Shown: in pieces, positions 63,719-64,000 of the stretch | Numbering within the stretch: position 1 is the stretch's first letter | Layout: the number at the start of each line of letters is the position of its first letter | Origin: Octopus vulgaris | Lineage: Eukaryota | DNA length: 64,000 nucleotides | Reading direction: 5' to 3' | Assembly: GCA_951406725.2 (NCBI GenBank) | Contig: OX597820.1 | Coordinates: 21,018,001 to 21,082,000, forward strand | Notes under the pieces: model-generated | Told to the model about the DNA's origin: nothing | Databases searched by the model: none | The model's input: only the letters and a program-made list of their open reading frames with translations | Program-made: the position numbers and the translations under genes

Positions 63719-64000
63719 GCTGGCGAGCTGACAGAAATGTTAGTACCAGCTGAGTACTGGCAGTCAATCTAATCGACTTTTTCCCTACCCCTGAAATTAC
63801 CGTCCTTGTTCCATTATTCAGAATATGTAATGATGTATATATCCTAAACCTACTTGACAAGTGAGTTTATCTGAGAGAATGTGCTCGAAGCCAAGAAGTT
63901 TTTTTTGCTCGATTAAAGGCAGTGCTCTAGCATGGCCACAGTCAAATGACTGAAACAAGTAATAGAAGTTTTTTTTCACTTTTTTATTCTTTTACTTGTT

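Overview
AT-rich, repeat-saturated eukaryotic genomic DNA. The tRNA-derived SINE families and microsatellite style suggest an octopus or other coleoid cephalopod (inference from recalled repeats). I could not identify any host protein-coding gene with confidence, and most listed ORFs are microsatellite or SINE artefacts. Supported content: (1) a CR1/L2-group LINE with an uninterrupted APE+RT ORF2 (25781-28894, -) flanked by an identical ~100-bp duplication; (2) a second, 5'-truncated CR1/L2-group LINE with two frameshifts; (3) many RTE-clade 3' fragments, one with a twin-priming-type 5' inversion; (4) a decayed Penelope-like element (PLE) not shown in the ORF track (56.5-60.0 kb, -); (5) maT (DD37D) and mariner remnants, MITEs and two non-autonomous Helitron-type families; (6) dozens of SINE copies from several modular families. 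The most interesting signal is a tRNA-headed (Pol III) element whose tail carries a Penelope-type minimal hammerhead ribozyme. It occurs as a head-to-head composite that also contains an inverted copy of neighbouring DNA and is bounded by one 9-bp direct repeat. Several other short hammerhead-like fold-back elements are also present. A CpG-retaining putative promoter lies near 9.1-10.3 kb, and CpG appears depleted to its right.
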